Below, one piece after another: positions 63,101 to 64,000 of a stretch of 64,000 bases of DNA. The position numbers and the translations under genes are program-made. Source of the stretch: Hemiscyllium ocellatum (lineage: Eukaryota); contig NW_026867476.1 of NCBI RefSeq assembly GCF_020745735.1, positions 434,001 to 498,000 of the forward strand, read 5' to 3'. Numbering within the stretch: position 1 is the stretch's first letter; every line of letters begins with the position of its first letter. Under the pieces are notes generated by a model that saw nothing but the letters and a program-made list of their open reading frames with translations, did not search any database and was not told the DNA's origin.

Positions 63101-64000
63101 AAAGGTGGTAATAAACTTAAATAAAATGGAATTCGTACGAGCAGAGGTGACGATCTTGGGACATGACATCGGCCATGGAAGAATGACCCCAAGGAATGCA
63201 AAGACGAAGACCATCGAAAAAATTCCACGACCAGTCACGAACAAAGAGGTGCTTCCATTCTTGGACACAGCGAATTCAATCAGACGTTTGTTCCAAACTT
63301 TAGGAGCATAGTGGCACCGTTAACTGATTTGCTCAAGAAGAACACAATGTTTCGGAGGACAGAACTATTCCAGGAAGCTGTCGACCATTTGAAATCGATA
63401 TTAAACACCAAACCAGTTTTAGCTTCTCCAAACTTTTCAAAATCTTTTAAACTCAGTATAAATTCTCGTGACGTTGGTGTTGGAGCGGTACTCCTACAAG
63501 AACATGCCGTTGGGATTGAACTGCCAGTTGGTTACTTATCGAAGGAGATCAACATCTACCAGAGGAAATGTGTCAGAATCGAAAAGGAACTATTGAGTTT
63601 GCTACTGTCTTTCCAACATTTTAATGTGTATGTCATGATCAATGTGTCTGAGACAGTTGTGTATACTGACCACAGGAGAAAGTGAGGTCTGCAGATGCTG
63701 GAGTTCAGAGCTGAAAATGTATTGCTGGAAAAGCGCAGCAGGTCAGGCAGCATCCAAGGAACAGGAGATTCGATGTTTCGGGCATAAGCCCTTCTTCAGG
63801 TTACTGATTCCTCAAGAACGGCTTATGCCCGAAACGTCGAATCAATGTTTTATATATATGCAGATATAAGGAAAGAAGTTAAGGTGAACTTATATTCAAG
63901 TTACCTGTATGTTAGGTAATGCGTTTAGAAAGTTAAAAAAATGCCATCTTTTCATTATGATAGTTTTTTTTCTCTTAAGCGGGGAGTTGTGATGACGACA
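60120..64000 (+). mobile_element. Gmr1-type Ty3/gypsy LTR retrotransposon remnant (gag knuckle-PR-IN-RT-RH, PPT, start of 3' LTR)
   Basis: GIQFVLGND (PR) at about 60760; HELPVGGHMG, SSGPYQI (IN) at 61215-62240; PIKQHSYWLNP, FCVDYQKVN, YPIPRLED (RT); KSFKLSINSRD (RH); PPT AAGCGGGGAG at 63977-63986; TGTGATG at 63988. Confidence 0.85.
63675..63843. mobile_element. Penelope-derived repeat with an internal inverted duplication, inserted in gypsy RNaseH
   Basis: Homologous to 12556-12718. Arms 63767-63800 and 63810-63843 are reverse complements (31/34 identical). Confidence 0.7.

Overview
This is repeat-rich vertebrate genomic DNA from a cartilaginous fish, most likely an orectolobiform shark, inferred from the SINE/Penelope families and the NAR-type V. 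It is part of the V region of a T-cell receptor alpha/delta locus. The centrepiece is a complete, apparently intact NAR-TCR cassette on the + strand: leader, IgNAR-like V with a 23-type RSS, a single D (12/12 RSS), an IgNAR-type J (23 RSS), and 2.5 kb downstream a 'supporting' TCR-delta V with no visible leader and a perfect 23-RSS, which is followed by a tandem array of decayed RSS copies. Around it are other TCR alpha/delta V segments in both orientations. Three have open frames on the - strand (two are tandem paralogues with leader and V fused in one exon); the rest are pseudogenes or a leader whose V exon is off-window. Four copies of a two-exon GPR139/GPR142-like class A GPCR (one intact, three pseudogenes) are interleaved with the V segments. 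The remainder is C2H2 zinc-finger relics, CR1 and Tx1-like LINEs, tRNA-derived SINEs, Penelope-derived repeats carrying minimal hammerhead ribozyme motifs, and Gmr1-type Ty3/gypsy remnants with integrase upstream of RT. All calls are from manual reading and translation; no database searches were run.
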